A stretch of 64,000 nucleotides of DNA from Candidatus Nezhaarchaeota archaeon (GCA_025059375.1 JANXDO010000001.1:224097-288096); one strand, 5' to 3'; positions 29,707 through 40,181 are shown, numbered from the stretch's first letter. The notes: generated by a model from the sequence alone, not told the origin. Numbers and translations are program-made.

Positions 29707-29940
29707 AGCGTATAGGTCAAAAACGCCTAAGTAACCACGGGTTGCTGAAGATGTCGAAACCCAAAGCAAGGAGGAAGGTTAAGTTGAGCGTGGCGCAGAT
29801 AGTATCAATATTCTTGCTAGTCATGCTCGTAATCTCAACTATAGCCTTCCTAATTATTGTGCTCCTATCATGACGCAAAAAGTTTATAGTGCCTTAAGGA
29901 GAAGAAATGTCAGTCATGAAATAGGAGAGGTGTAGGTGTA

Positions 29941-30288
29941 ATGGGAGGTAAAAAGAAGAAATCCATCTCCGCAATGGAGAAGCAGCAAAAACTACGTGAG
30001 GTAAAGGAGAAAAAGGTCAAGGAGGAAAAGGAAGAGAGAAGAGAAAAGAAGGAGAAGAAGATAGCTAGCCCCCTTCTACCTCTAGAGGTAGCTAAGCAGC
30101 TTGAGAAGGAACTTAGCAGCCTAACATGCATAACACCATACACGCTTGCTACTAAGTTCGGTCTCAAATTGGGAGTCGCGAAAAACGTGTTAAAGGAGCT
30201 TGAGCTAAAAGGGTTGCTTAGAAACGTGGCTAAGTGTTCAAGAATATCAATTTACACACCGATACGTTCTCCAAGTTCAACCTCTTAA
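29941..30288 (+). CDS. Ribosomal protein S25e
   Basis: Lys/Glu-rich N-terminal half, then a C-terminal wHTH 'LEVAKQLEKELSSLTCITPYTLATKFGLKLGVAKNVLKELELKGLL', typical of S25e. Confidence 0.55.
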   Translation: MGGKKKKSISAMEKQQKLREVKEKKVKEEKEERREKKEKKIASPLLPLEVAKQLEKELSSLTCITPYTLATKFGLKLGVAKNVLKELELKGLLRNVAKCSRISIYTPIRSPSSTS

Positions 30289-30833
30289 ATGAAGTCCCTA
30301 AGCGAGGGACCTTTCATCCTAGGTATCTCCACTTTTAAATTTATAACGCCGCTAGGCGTTAAATCTATGACGTTCATATCCAGGAGTCTGTAGACCACTT
30401 TGTCGGGATCTTGTACCCCCTGTCTCTTTAAGTCAAGCTTAAACCTTATCTCTCCAACACTCCAGTACTCTGAAAGGTAAGTTAATGCTTTCTTAATGTC
30501 CTCATCAAGCTTCTCAAAATCTACATCGAGCTTTGGCTTCTCAGTCTCTTTCAACTCCTTCCTTAATTCGACCACCTGCATAGCTTGCGGTAATGCCAGG
30601 ACTTTTGGGACTTGCCACATCATGAGCTCAGGAAGCTCTTCGTATCCCTCTAATGCTACAACCTCGTTCTGATCAAGTAGATCTTTAATTAGGGCATAGA
30701 GGACGAATATTGAGCCTATTTCTGTCTCTTTAGCCCATTCAATTAACTCCTTAAAGGAGACCCTCCCTCCAACCTCCTTAATTCTATTCTTAACCATCTC
30801 CCTCAACGTTATGAAGTTGTCACTCACGTTCAT
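30285..30833 (-). CDS. Hypothetical protein with two winged-helix-like halves
   Basis: 182 aa and soluble. Helix-turn-helix-like segments near both termini. No Cys and no recognisable catalytic motif. Confidence 0.3.
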   Translation of the reverse strand: MNVSDNFITLREMVKNRIKEVGGRVSFKELIEWAKETEIGSIFVLYALIKDLLDQNEVVALEGYEELPELMMWQVPKVLALPQAMQVVELRKELKETEKPKLDVDFEKLDEDIKKALTYLSEYWSVGEIRFKLDLKRQGVQDPDKVVYRLLDMNVIDLTPSGVINLKVEIPRMKGPSLRDFI

Positions 30834-30839
30834 CGCCTA

Positions 30840-31877
30840 CTACGTCAATAATTTGTCAAGCTCTCCTCTCTCACTTGCCCTCTTTATCTCTCTAGCTATC
30901 CTCCTACCCATGCTCATGGGTTCGTCGTATAGGAACCAGGTGTATGGCGAGCCATTAACGTAAAGGTTCGTTCCAGCAACTATTCTAGCTGAAAATTCAA
31001 AGACGTAGAAGTTGCCATTACCATCGTAAGCCCCCTCAATACAGAATGGACCTATAAGCCCTGGTGGAACAAGTTTCTCAGAGGCTCTAACAAGCCCATC
31101 ACCTATCTCGTAAATCTCCTCTAATAATGACTCTCTAAGCACAATGGGGATATTGCCTACGACTAAGTAAGATAGCTCTGGACTTGATGCCAACTGTATG
31201 CTTGCTGGCAACCTACCTAGACCGTCAGCATTCGTCTCATATCTCCTATCAACACCAAATAGCTCAAGCTCTCTTGTTAGTGGTGAGTAGAAGAAGTGAG
31301 CATAGGCAGTTACGCCTACTATGTACTCTTGAATAAAGACATCCCCTTCATTGAGCTTCATAACCTTAATCTTAGCCCTAACATCGTCTGGTCCAGATGC
31401 TAAGAAGTAACCTCTCCCTCCCTTAGCTCCAGGTAACTTAACTATGACTGTCCTGTCAACTTCATCAATGCTCTTGTAAGCTCGGGGAGTTCTGGCCCCA
31501 GCCTCACGCAAGAGCTTCTCTTTAAGGTCTCTGTCTGCCTCCCACCTTAATATGTACTTATTACCAAAAATCGGCACCTCAAACCTCTGCTCTATGGTCT
31601 CAAGATCTACATACTCGATGAGCGAGCCATGGGGTATCAGTATTGCATTTAAACTTAAAAGCTTCTTCTGGACCTCCGTTGAAGTGACGTCGAAGAAGCT
31701 ATCAACTAAGATCATCTCATCAATTAGCTTGCTAAACCTACGGTACAGGTTAACCCTCCTCTTTAGACATACAAGTGCAGTTTTAAGGCCCTCATCCTTA
31801 GCCCCCTTAAGTATTTGAAGGGCTGAGTGAGAACCTAGCGTCACTATCGTTATCTTTGATGAGTTCATTGCTGTCAC
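30840..31877 (-). CDS. purP: PurP-family ATP-grasp enzyme (5-formaminoimidazole-4-carboxamide ribonucleotide synthetase-like)
   Basis: 'ITIVTLGSHSALQILKGAKDEGLKT' N-terminal DUF1246 motif and a C-terminal ATP-grasp DUF1297 region '...YVVGNIP...'. Confidence 0.7.
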   Translation of the reverse strand: MTAMNSSKITIVTLGSHSALQILKGAKDEGLKTALVCLKRRVNLYRRFSKLIDEMILVDSFFDVTSTEVQKKLLSLNAILIPHGSLIEYVDLETIEQRFEVPIFGNKYILRWEADRDLKEKLLREAGARTPRAYKSIDEVDRTVIVKLPGAKGGRGYFLASGPDDVRAKIKVMKLNEGDVFIQEYIVGVTAYAHFFYSPLTRELELFGVDRRYETNADGLGRLPASIQLASSPELSYLVVGNIPIVLRESLLEEIYEIGDGLVRASEKLVPPGLIGPFCIEGAYDGNGNFYVFEFSARIVAGTNLYVNGSPYTWFLYDEPMSMGRRIAREIKRASERGELDKLLT

Positions 31878-31887
31878 CCCACATAGC

Positions 31888-33036
31888 CTAAGTTACTATG
31901 TCTATGACTCTATCGGTCTCAATGGCCCTCTTGATCTCCATTGCTATCCTTCTTCCAGTTCCAACGACGAATCCATGCTTAAACTTGCTGTAAGGCGACA
32001 TCGTAATGAGTACAGGGCTTCCTGGAACCCTGGGTGATACGTCAAAAATGACTATATCTAAATCAGCTGTTACAGCTCCTTGAAGGGCGAATGGCCCTAT
32101 GATGCCCGGTGGATACTCTATTTTAGTGACCTCCACAAACTTTAAGCCTATATCGAAGACCTTCTCTAGTAACGACTCCCTTATGGTTGCGGGCATGTGG
32201 CCGACCTCTATGTTCTGTAAAGGTACATCGACATCTAATTGCTGGCGAGCTGGTAAGTTTACGAAATCGTAAAGGTTCGTCTGCAACCTCCTATCGATTC
32301 CTAGGAACTCCAGCTCATTGTCTATTGGAGAGTAGAAATAATTAAAGTTAAAGTACGTGCCTAACACAAACTCTTCTATCACAGCGTCTTTCAAGGCCTC
32401 CTCGTTTATAATCCCCTTCTCCATCCTTTCTCTAGCTTTACGCCAGTAATCATCAGGACTTGAAGCGGTGAAGAATGCTCTCTCAGTTTTCCTCTTAGCT
32501 TCTTGAACCTTAACTATCACAAGTCTATCTATCTCGTCGGGTGATTTAAACTTCTTAGGCTGCCTAATGCCAGCCTTCTCAAGTAGGTAGTACTGGTTCT
32601 TGGGGGCCCACCTCTCCTCAGTCCTTAGCATAGCTCTATTGCCGAATAGCGGTACAAAGAACTTATCCTCTATGTCGTCGTAGGGGACGTAGGTTGTGAA
32701 GGCCCTATGGGGCACGAAAATGGTGTTAAGCCTCCTCAACTTCTCTTGAACCTCCTCATCGACTATGTCTGAGAATCTATCAAGGACTATCACCTCGTCA
32801 CACAGCCTCTTGTACATGAAGTAGGGCCTTTCCCTCCCCCTTTGACATACGACAACGGTTTTAAGACCCTCGTCCTTAGCCCCGTCCATGACGTCGAGAG
32901 CTGAATGGCTCCCTAGAACGCCTATGTGAATGTTCCGTCGATCGTAATTCTTCACTACTTTAATTAACTCATTTCTCGTTATCAAGTCGAGCCCACCAGT
33001 CAAACACTGATAACCACCATTGATAAACTTTAACAC
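31888..33036 (-). CDS. PurP-family ATP-grasp enzyme, tandem paralog
   Basis: 'IHIGVLGSHSALDVMDGAKDEGLKT' and a '...IEVGHMPAT...' region parallel the neighbouring gene. It is 37 aa longer. Confidence 0.65.
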   Translation of the reverse strand: MLKFINGGYQCLTGGLDLITRNELIKVVKNYDRRNIHIGVLGSHSALDVMDGAKDEGLKTVVVCQRGRERPYFMYKRLCDEVIVLDRFSDIVDEEVQEKLRRLNTIFVPHRAFTTYVPYDDIEDKFFVPLFGNRAMLRTEERWAPKNQYYLLEKAGIRQPKKFKSPDEIDRLVIVKVQEAKRKTERAFFTASSPDDYWRKARERMEKGIINEEALKDAVIEEFVLGTYFNFNYFYSPIDNELEFLGIDRRLQTNLYDFVNLPARQQLDVDVPLQNIEVGHMPATIRESLLEKVFDIGLKFVEVTKIEYPPGIIGPFALQGAVTADLDIVIFDVSPRVPGSPVLITMSPYSKFKHGFVVGTGRRIAMEIKRAIETDRVIDIVT

Positions 33037-33102
33037 TTAAACGTAGCGGCCAGCGTTGAGCTAGAATCCTTAACACGTTGATAGGTCAAAATCATTATTA
33101 AG

Positions 33103-33735
33103 ATGAGACTGTTACGTTATTATCGTGAGCGCAACATGCTGGAAACGCTCTACTCCTACTTCATGGCCTTTATGATGCTGTTCGTAATATTTGATGCGGT
33201 AGGCAACGTCCCCATATTCTACACGCTAACTGAGGGGCTTGAACGGGATGAGAGGAAGAGGACTATTCAAAACTCGGTTATAGTAGCTGGGATCATGCTC
33301 TTCGTGTTCGCTTTTGGAGGTAAGCAGATCTTAAACTTCTTCAACATAAGCTTAGACGACTTCAGAATTGCTGGGGGCGTAATACTGCTCATAATATCGA
33401 TTGAAGGTCTACTAGGAAGGGTTGAGGCGATGAAGATTAAGGCTGAGCAATTAGCGGTCGTTCCATTAGCTACACCATTACTCGCTGGTCCAGGTAGCAT
33501 ATCAATCGTGATATACCTAATGGAAGCTGGTTATGGTGTTGGGCCGACTATAACGTCGATAGTTGCCAATGTGATCGTAGCTTGGGCCATACTAGTTAAC
33601 TGTGACAAAGTCTTTAAGATTCTAGGTAGGAATGGCTCGCTAATAATCTCTAGGATTATGTCATTCATATTAGCTGCCTTAGCCATAGCTATGATCAGAG
33701 AAGGCATAATTGGCGTCATGAATCTACTGCATTAG
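33103..33735 (+). CDS. MarC-family (UPF0056) integral membrane protein
   Basis: 'FMMLFVIFDAVGNVPIFYTL' opening motif, six predicted TM helices, ~210 aa. Confidence 0.6.
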   Translation: MRLLRYYRERNMLETLYSYFMAFMMLFVIFDAVGNVPIFYTLTEGLERDERKRTIQNSVIVAGIMLFVFAFGGKQILNFFNISLDDFRIAGGVILLIISIEGLLGRVEAMKIKAEQLAVVPLATPLLAGPGSISIVIYLMEAGYGVGPTITSIVANVIVAWAILVNCDKVFKILGRNGSLIISRIMSFILAALAIAMIREGIIGVMNLLH

Positions 33736-34817
33736 CTAACGCCAATGAGCTCGTAGCTTCGAGAGCCCAAACCAAGTTTCTCCGCCGCTTCAAGTTGCTT
33801 CTCTCCATTGACATTATTAGCTTCAAGAAATGGGTCTCTACCTCCAGCGGCTTTTTTGATGAGATCAAGCGAGGCTTGATCTATAGCTACAGGATCGAAA
33901 CTTGAGAGTAACCCTATGTCGCCTACGATAGGCTCCATGAGGCAACCCCAGCAATCACACCTTCTGGTTACATTCACTATAGCATTAAGGTACATGGGCC
34001 TAAAGCCTATAGCCTTAAGTACCGCAAGAGCAGCATCGGCCACCCTTACTTGGAGACTCTCAGATCCACCCTCAGGTATCTTGAGGGCATTATATCGACA
34101 TAAGAAATAGCACTCTAAACAACCTACACAATTATCATAATTCACCCTCACCTTGCCACCCTCAACCACCATAGCTCCATGAGGGCAGCGCCGAGCACAT
34201 CGAGCACACCCGGTGCATGCCTCATCAACGACTATGGGCATATGAGCTCTGTGCTGAACTGTCTTCCCCCTTTTAGTCGTGCAGCCCATGGCTAAGTTCT
34301 TTAATGCTCCTCCAAATCCTGATAGCAAATGCCCCTTGAAGTGGGAGACAACGATCATTGAGTCGAGGTCTTTAAGTATCCTAGCAACTTCAACTTCCTT
34401 AAGTTCAATGCCATTAATCTCGACGACAAAGCCATCATCGCCCTTAAGCCCATCACCCATTACGACTGGAGCGCCAAGTGTGGCTTGGTTAAATCCCTTT
34501 TTTGCAGCTAAATTTAAGTAGCTAACACCATTCCTCCTAGCACCACTGTAGAGTGTTGTTGTATCAAAGACGACAGGCTCACAGCCACACCTCCTCACAA
34601 AATCTACAACGCATCTAACAAACTCGGGTCTAAGATGAGTAACGTTACCTTCCTCCCCCATGTGCACCTTAATTCCCACAACCCCATTGAGGGGCTGCTC
34701 ATTAACTAAACTCTTTAGCAGCTTATCGATGCCATCATCTATCCTAGGAAAGACCTTCCCCCTAAGATCATAGAAGTAAACCTTAGACTTACTTTTCACA
34801 CCCTTAACACCGAACAA
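33732..34817 (-). CDS. DUF362 domain protein with embedded 2x[4Fe-4S] ferredoxin domain
   Basis: 'CTGCARCARRCPHGA' and 'CVGCLECYFLCRYNA' clusters sit between DUF362-like N- and C-terminal regions. Confidence 0.55.
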   Translation of the reverse strand: MFGVKGVKSKSKVYFYDLRGKVFPRIDDGIDKLLKSLVNEQPLNGVVGIKVHMGEEGNVTHLRPEFVRCVVDFVRRCGCEPVVFDTTTLYSGARRNGVSYLNLAAKKGFNQATLGAPVVMGDGLKGDDGFVVEINGIELKEVEVARILKDLDSMIVVSHFKGHLLSGFGGALKNLAMGCTTKRGKTVQHRAHMPIVVDEACTGCARCARRCPHGAMVVEGGKVRVNYDNCVGCLECYFLCRYNALKIPEGGSESLQVRVADAALAVLKAIGFRPMYLNAIVNVTRRCDCWGCLMEPIVGDIGLLSSFDPVAIDQASLDLIKKAAGGRDPFLEANNVNGEKQLEAAEKLGLGSRSYELIGVS

Positions 34818-34847
34818 AAGGTTATATTCACTGCCTTAAAGTCTTTA

Positions 34848-35174
34848 GTGGGACTCTGCATGTCTGTTGAGGATCTACCTAGACTTCTTCATTTAAGGTT
34901 AGATAGGCGCTTCCTAATAGGCAATATAGGCTTAAGCTATGAGGAGGAGATCAAGGAGAAGGGGGTAAAGGATTACGACAAGGTCCTGCTTAAAATAGAG
35001 AAGCTAGACTCATCTAAGGCTCTTGAAATACCAGCCTACTTCCACTGGATTTACACCATGGCTGGCAAAAAGCCTCAATTCATAGTAATGGCCGAGGGGC
35101 ATGACATCCTCCTAAGAGAAGGTTTCAGGGACATGGAACCGATAAAGCTAACCATAATTAAGGTTTTAAAGTAG
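34848..35174 (+). CDS. Hypothetical protein (108 aa)
   Basis: ORF only. I recognise no motif. Confidence 0.2.
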   Translation: MGLCMSVEDLPRLLHLRLDRRFLIGNIGLSYEEEIKEKGVKDYDKVLLKIEKLDSSKALEIPAYFHWIYTMAGKKPQFIVMAEGHDILLREGFRDMEPIKLTIIKVLK

Positions 35175-35670
35175 CATCACTCTCGCCAATCACGTACAGG
35201 TACAGTTTATGTGGTTGACCAAAGAAATCAGCTAACCCCTCAACTTTAACCGGCCTCCACCCTGGAACTTCAAATTGATGAGATACTACCCTAACCCCCT
35301 TCTTAAGCTCCCTCTCTAACTTTGGCTTTAATTGAGCGTTAAGCTCCGTGGTCAAGTACAGGTAGACTATAGTAGCACAACTTACATCAAATTGGAACAA
35401 GTCTCCATGATGTATCTCTATTAGATCCTGCAAACCTTCCCTAGAGACCCTCCTCCTAGCTTGCTCGACAAGGTCTTTCTTTATCTCTACACCAACACAC
35501 TTTAAACCAATCTTCTTAGCTGCAATGACTAAGACCCTGCCATCACCACAACCTAAATCGTATAACACGTCATCTTTCCTCGCTTTAGCAAGCTCAAGCA
35601 TCTTCAATACTACTTCTTCAGGCGTCGGGAAGAACAATGTAGTCTTCACGGCCATAACCCTTGACACCAA
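35158..35670 (-). CDS. Class I SAM-dependent methyltransferase
   Basis: Motif I 'VLYDLGCGDGRVLVIAA' and a post-I acidic 'VGVEI' segment. Confidence 0.6.
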   Translation of the reverse strand: MVSRVMAVKTTLFFPTPEEVVLKMLELAKARKDDVLYDLGCGDGRVLVIAAKKIGLKCVGVEIKKDLVEQARRRVSREGLQDLIEIHHGDLFQFDVSCATIVYLYLTTELNAQLKPKLERELKKGVRVVSHQFEVPGWRPVKVEGLADFFGQPHKLYLYVIGESDATLKP

Positions 35671-36028
35671 ATGACAAATGAGATAGAGATCGCTTTTAAG
35701 CTTTGATTAAGTGCTAAACCGCTGTCTACGACTTGCATGAACTATGACTATGGTAGAGTACAAGAGCGAGAGCGTAGCGTTAAGCTTCATGCGATGGCCC
35801 ATCATCAATGCAGAGTACATTAAGGAGACTTCATAAGGCTAGTCAGTCAAGGTGAAAAGACCATCCTGTACGGCCAAGTTCCAGGTCCATTAATGCTCAG
35901 CATCACTACCATAAAGCTACTCATCAACAAGCTTAAGTAGCCGTCAAGGTTCAGGAAGGGCTTATATTTAGGACTAAACCCCAAAAATTTGGTTTAAGGG
36001 TCCAAGCTCACGTCATAATGTATGATGG

Positions 36029-36694
36029 TTGAGCAAAATGATAATAGCTGATCTCCATGTCCACAGTCACAATTCAATAGACTCCTTTCTTGACCCTCAA
36101 CGGATCATCGAGGTAGCATTGAAGAGGGGGCTTAACTGTGTTGCAGTCACGGACCACAATACTGTGAGAGGGGGGCTTGAGCTGGTCCGTGAAGCTAAGA
36201 GTTATCAAGGGTTCATAGCGATACCAGGGGTTGAGCTTAAGACAAACATAGGTGATGTGATACTTCTCTTCATAGAGGAGGAGGTCAAAATTAAATCGTA
36301 TAACGAAGTTCTAGACTACGCTGAGAGCATGGACGCTCTAACGGTACTAGCTCACCCTTATCGAGGACACGTTATGATTGATGATGTGGCCAAGAAGGTC
36401 CATGCCATAGAGGTCCTCAATTCTAGGAGCGATAAGATTGCAAACTCGAAAGCTTACAACCTAGCTTTGAAGCTTGGTAAGCCTATGATCGCGGGGAGCG
36501 ACGCTCACATGGCGTTCGAAATAGGTAAGGCAGTGACGATAGTTAACGGCTCGACGATAGAGGATGTTAGAAAAGCGATCATTAAAGGTTCAGCTCAAAT
36601 AGCTGGGTCAGAATCAAACTTAATGGTTCACGCCTTTAGCTTAGCAGCTAAGCTTGCCAAGATTATAATGGGAAAGCATAAATGGGATTGGTGA
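36029..36694 (+). CDS. PHP-domain metal-dependent phosphoesterase
   Basis: 'IADLHVHSHNSID' and 'VAVTDHNTVRGG' His-rich PHP motifs, plus a later 'AGSDAH'. Confidence 0.65.
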   Translation: MSKMIIADLHVHSHNSIDSFLDPQRIIEVALKRGLNCVAVTDHNTVRGGLELVREAKSYQGFIAIPGVELKTNIGDVILLFIEEEVKIKSYNEVLDYAESMDALTVLAHPYRGHVMIDDVAKKVHAIEVLNSRSDKIANSKAYNLALKLGKPMIAGSDAHMAFEIGKAVTIVNGSTIEDVRKAIIKGSAQIAGSESNLMVHAFSLAAKLAKIIMGKHKWDW

Positions 36695-37369
36695 TTAAAC
36701 CTCGACCTCTCCTCCCGGCTTCAACACAATCACCTTGACGTCGGGGGCCAATCTTTTAACTTCATTCACAAAGTCATCAGCACTCTTAACCAAAACTGGG
36801 AACGTGGCGTAGTGCATCGGTATGGCCACCTTGGGCCTTAACACCCTTAAAGCGAGCGCAGCCTCTCTTGGTCCCATAGTGTAATGCCCACCTATCGGTA
36901 TTAACACCACCTCGGGATTAAATGCCTCCTTAATAGCTTGAAACTCAATCGTGTAGCCGGTGTCCCCCATGTGGTAAATCCTAAAGCCATCGATATCCAC
37001 TATTACACCAACAGGCTTACCAATAGTACAAGTATGAGCTGCAGGAACTAGAGCAACCTTAAAGACTCCATTCACATCAACTAGGGAGCCAATGTTAAGA
37101 GCCAGCCCACTTAATCCCTCCCCTTCAAGCTTCCAAATAAGCTCTGGTACCCCTATGATCCTCGACTTATACTTCCTCGCTATCTCAGCAGCATCACCGT
37201 AGTGATCGAAATGGTCGTGAGTTATGACTATAAAGTCAATGTGTTCAAGATCGGTGATACGTATTGGACATGCAGGGTTATTAGAGATCCATGGATCTAT
37301 GAGCAGCCGCTTCCCCTTAAACGTCAACATGAACGTTGCATGACCAAGCCACCTTATCTTGACAGGCAT
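36695..37369 (-). CDS. MBL-fold metal-dependent hydrolase (UPF0173-like)
   Basis: 'VITHDHFDHYGDA' H-x-H-x-D-H metallo-beta-lactamase motif. ~224 aa. Confidence 0.65.
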   Translation of the reverse strand: MPVKIRWLGHATFMLTFKGKRLLIDPWISNNPACPIRITDLEHIDFIVITHDHFDHYGDAAEIARKYKSRIIGVPELIWKLEGEGLSGLALNIGSLVDVNGVFKVALVPAAHTCTIGKPVGVIVDIDGFRIYHMGDTGYTIEFQAIKEAFNPEVVLIPIGGHYTMGPREAALALRVLRPKVAIPMHYATFPVLVKSADDFVNEVKRLAPDVKVIVLKPGGEVEV

Positions 37370-37393
37370 GGCTACTCACAATAAATATGCCGC

Positions 37394-38005
37394 TCATTCT
37401 TTATGATAAATCTTGCCACTCATTAGGAAGCCCAGCCCAGCTAATAAGTTCCCAATAAGGTTCATGACCGTCAACGATATGATTGAGAAGTTGATAATCA
37501 TAAGCGAGATGCTCACTTCATGTATGTTGATCGGCTCCTCACCTGCTAGTGCAAGGACTGTGACTATTAAGAACAACATGATCATGGCGAGCGCGAGAGA
37601 AGCTCCTGCACCCTTTAAGATCGCAACTTTACACCGTCTCCCCAAATTAATGAGTAAGGCTGCTAGAGTGCCATAAGTAACGACCACTATTGGAAAGACT
37701 ATAGCGATTAGTAACAATGCCTCATGAGTAGACTTCTCGATTGCCGGTCCGTAGAGACTCATGGAGGTCAATTGCAAGATCATAGCGCTTAACGCGAAAC
37801 CTTGGATCATTAATAGCACACCAACAACTCTTCCAAGTTGAAGCTTCGACATGAACCAGCCAATACCGACAATGAAAGACCCAATGCATACAGCTACTAA
37901 GTGAGGTGCAGCCATTACTAAGTGACCAAGGCAAACTGCTCGCCTAGACTTAACGTCAAACAGGGAGCCAAGCTCTTCTCGAGCTTCCAAACTCATCAAC
38001 AACAT
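37394..38005 (-). CDS. Hypothetical integral membrane protein
   Basis: 203 aa, about 6 hydrophobic helices, no recognisable motif. Confidence 0.3.
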   Translation of the reverse strand: MLLMSLEAREELGSLFDVKSRRAVCLGHLVMAAPHLVAVCIGSFIVGIGWFMSKLQLGRVVGVLLMIQGFALSAMILQLTSMSLYGPAIEKSTHEALLLIAIVFPIVVVTYGTLAALLINLGRRCKVAILKGAGASLALAMIMLFLIVTVLALAGEEPINIHEVSISLMIINFSIISLTVMNLIGNLLAGLGFLMSGKIYHKE

Positions 38006-38471
38006 CTCACTTAGCTATTAGTGCTCGAAAGCAACATGAATATTGTCCAACCCCCCTCACTTAAACCCTCTAACAAGTCGAACCTCTCCACGGTCTTGAA
38101 GGCCCTCTACGAAGACATCTACAACCCCTTTGCAGAGAGTACCCCACCATCCTCAGAAGTTTAACCGTTCACGTGTATAAGCATCCATGATGGTGACAGT
38201 GGGCTAAAAATCAAGAGGCACACTCAGTTAATCCCTCATCTTCATATCCTCCCAGGCCTTATCACATCACTAATATGAACAATAACGTCACGCTCACGCT
38301 CCTTACCGTTAATGATTGTTAAGCCATCAATTTCAATCATGTGAAATTTGTAAGAAGCTTGTTAAGGGTGTAAGCAGATTAGTGGTATGGGCTTGAGGAT
38401 GCTAGCACCTTAACTACCATCAACATCCACGTTTGCAATAACCTAGACCAATGTAAATAAGGGGGTGGGCT

Positions 38472-39638
38472 TTAAAAGTCTACGGTCTTCCCCTCATAAG
38501 CGTATAGGAAGAGCTTCTTATAATCTTCAAGCGTTGGCACTCTTGGACTAGTTATTGTCCCCGTTGACGCTAAAGCCCTTTCAGCAAGACCATCTAAATT
38601 ATTCCTTAGATCCTCAAAGCTAATGCCCAACTCCTTTATGGAGGTAGGCTCATTGACCTCCCTCAATAGGTTCCCGAGGGCCTCCATAAACTTATTGAAG
38701 GCCTCCTCGTCAGTCTCGGCTCTAATCCCTATAGCATTGGCGAGGCTCCCGAATCGATCCATGGCTGCTTTAGCCATGTACTCCAACGCACATTTCAAGA
38801 CTACAGCAAGACTCCTACCATGCGGGATCTTAAACAGAGCACCCAATGCATGGCCCATGGCATGAGCTATGCATACTTGAGAGTTGCTGAATGCAAGTCC
38901 AGCCATAGTTGCTGCATAGTGCATCTTCTCCTTCGCCTCCTTGTCTCGATCATCCTTATAGGACCTTGGTAGGTACTTGAATATTGTCCGTATCGCAACT
39001 GTAGCCAAGTTATCTGAGAAGTAGTTTCGCCATTGTGAAATGTAAGCTTCTAAAGCATTGACTAACGCGTCCACTCCACTATCAGCTACAAGACTCTTTG
39101 GCATTGTGAGAGGAAGTTGGGGGTCAAGTATTGCTACATCGGCCACCAACTCTCTTGATGCAAGTTCCATCTTCCTATTCTCTACAGTATCTGTGATGAC
39201 GATGGCCCAAGTAGCCTCTGAGCCTGTTCCGCTTGTTGTTGGGATCGCTATAAACCTAGCCTTCTTCCTTAAGCCGAGTGCTAAAAGTGGGCTTATCTCC
39301 TCAACTCTAATGTCAGGCCTCTCGTATAGGACCCATGAAGCTTTAGCTGCATCTATGCAGCTACCTCCACCTAACCCGATGATCCAATCAGGTTCAAAAA
39401 GCCTTGCACGCTCTGCACACCTAATAACAGTCTCCTTAGAGGGCTCCGGCTCAACTTCATCAAAAACTTCTACCTCAAACTTGGCTTCCTTTAAGTAATT
39501 TATAGTTCTATCAACAAAGCTTAGCTTCCTAATAACTCCATCAGTTACTATGAAAGCCCTCCTCCCCTCGATATTCCTTAAGTACTCCAGGGATCCATAA
39601 CCAAACACTATCGTTTTTGGTGAAGTGAATTCCCACAT
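38472..39638 (-). CDS. Iron-containing (group III) alcohol dehydrogenase
   Basis: 'GLGGGSCIDAAKA' NAD-binding glycine motif and the 'HAMGHALGA...HG' Fe-binding histidines. Confidence 0.75.
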   Translation of the reverse strand: MWEFTSPKTIVFGYGSLEYLRNIEGRRAFIVTDGVIRKLSFVDRTINYLKEAKFEVEVFDEVEPEPSKETVIRCAERARLFEPDWIIGLGGGSCIDAAKASWVLYERPDIRVEEISPLLALGLRKKARFIAIPTTSGTGSEATWAIVITDTVENRKMELASRELVADVAILDPQLPLTMPKSLVADSGVDALVNALEAYISQWRNYFSDNLATVAIRTIFKYLPRSYKDDRDKEAKEKMHYAATMAGLAFSNSQVCIAHAMGHALGALFKIPHGRSLAVVLKCALEYMAKAAMDRFGSLANAIGIRAETDEEAFNKFMEALGNLLREVNEPTSIKELGISFEDLRNNLDGLAERALASTGTITSPRVPTLEDYKKLFLYAYEGKTVDF

Positions 39639-39650
39639 AAATTCAGGCCC

Positions 39651-40064
39651 TCAAATGAACTCTGTGGGAACCTTGCTTGCAGTCTTTACAAGCTCCGTAG
39701 CTGCCTTCGTGTAGCGCATGATCTTAGCCATGTTACCCGTAAGTTTGATCTTGCGTAGCAGTAAAGCTTGAATTGGATCAAGCTGGCCCATCACTATCTT
39801 CTTCCAATTTGAGTAAGGCCCCTCAATGACGTATGCTGCCCTCTTAGCATCCCTACTTGGTACCGTATAGGCTTCGCGACATTTACCATGCCAGAGATCC
39901 AAGTAGAAGACTGCCTCCTTGTCTAGACCTCCATCCGGCGTTATTATGAAGAGGAAGTCTCCCTCCCAATCCTTTGCAGCTTCCTCATAAGCCTTGTTTT
40001 TATTAAGCTCCTCTTGAAAGGCTTTAATCCACTCTTCGCTTGGGAACTTATACCTTTTCTCCAC
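39651..40064 (-). CDS. SCP2 (sterol-carrier-protein-like) domain protein
   Basis: 137 aa with a C-terminal '...IQALLLRKIKLTGNMAKIMRYTKA' SCP2-like amphipathic end. Confidence 0.45.
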   Translation of the reverse strand: MEKRYKFPSEEWIKAFQEELNKNKAYEEAAKDWEGDFLFIITPDGGLDKEAVFYLDLWHGKCREAYTVPSRDAKRAAYVIEGPYSNWKKIVMGQLDPIQALLLRKIKLTGNMAKIMRYTKAATELVKTASKVPTEFI

Positions 40065-40181
40065 GCATGGTCACCAAATCATCCTTTCTAATTCAATGCA
40101 TATAAGAATTGCTCTTGTGGTTAAAGGTTATTTGTGATTATTAATATTATTGATAATGCTATGAAGCGCCATTAACGGTTA

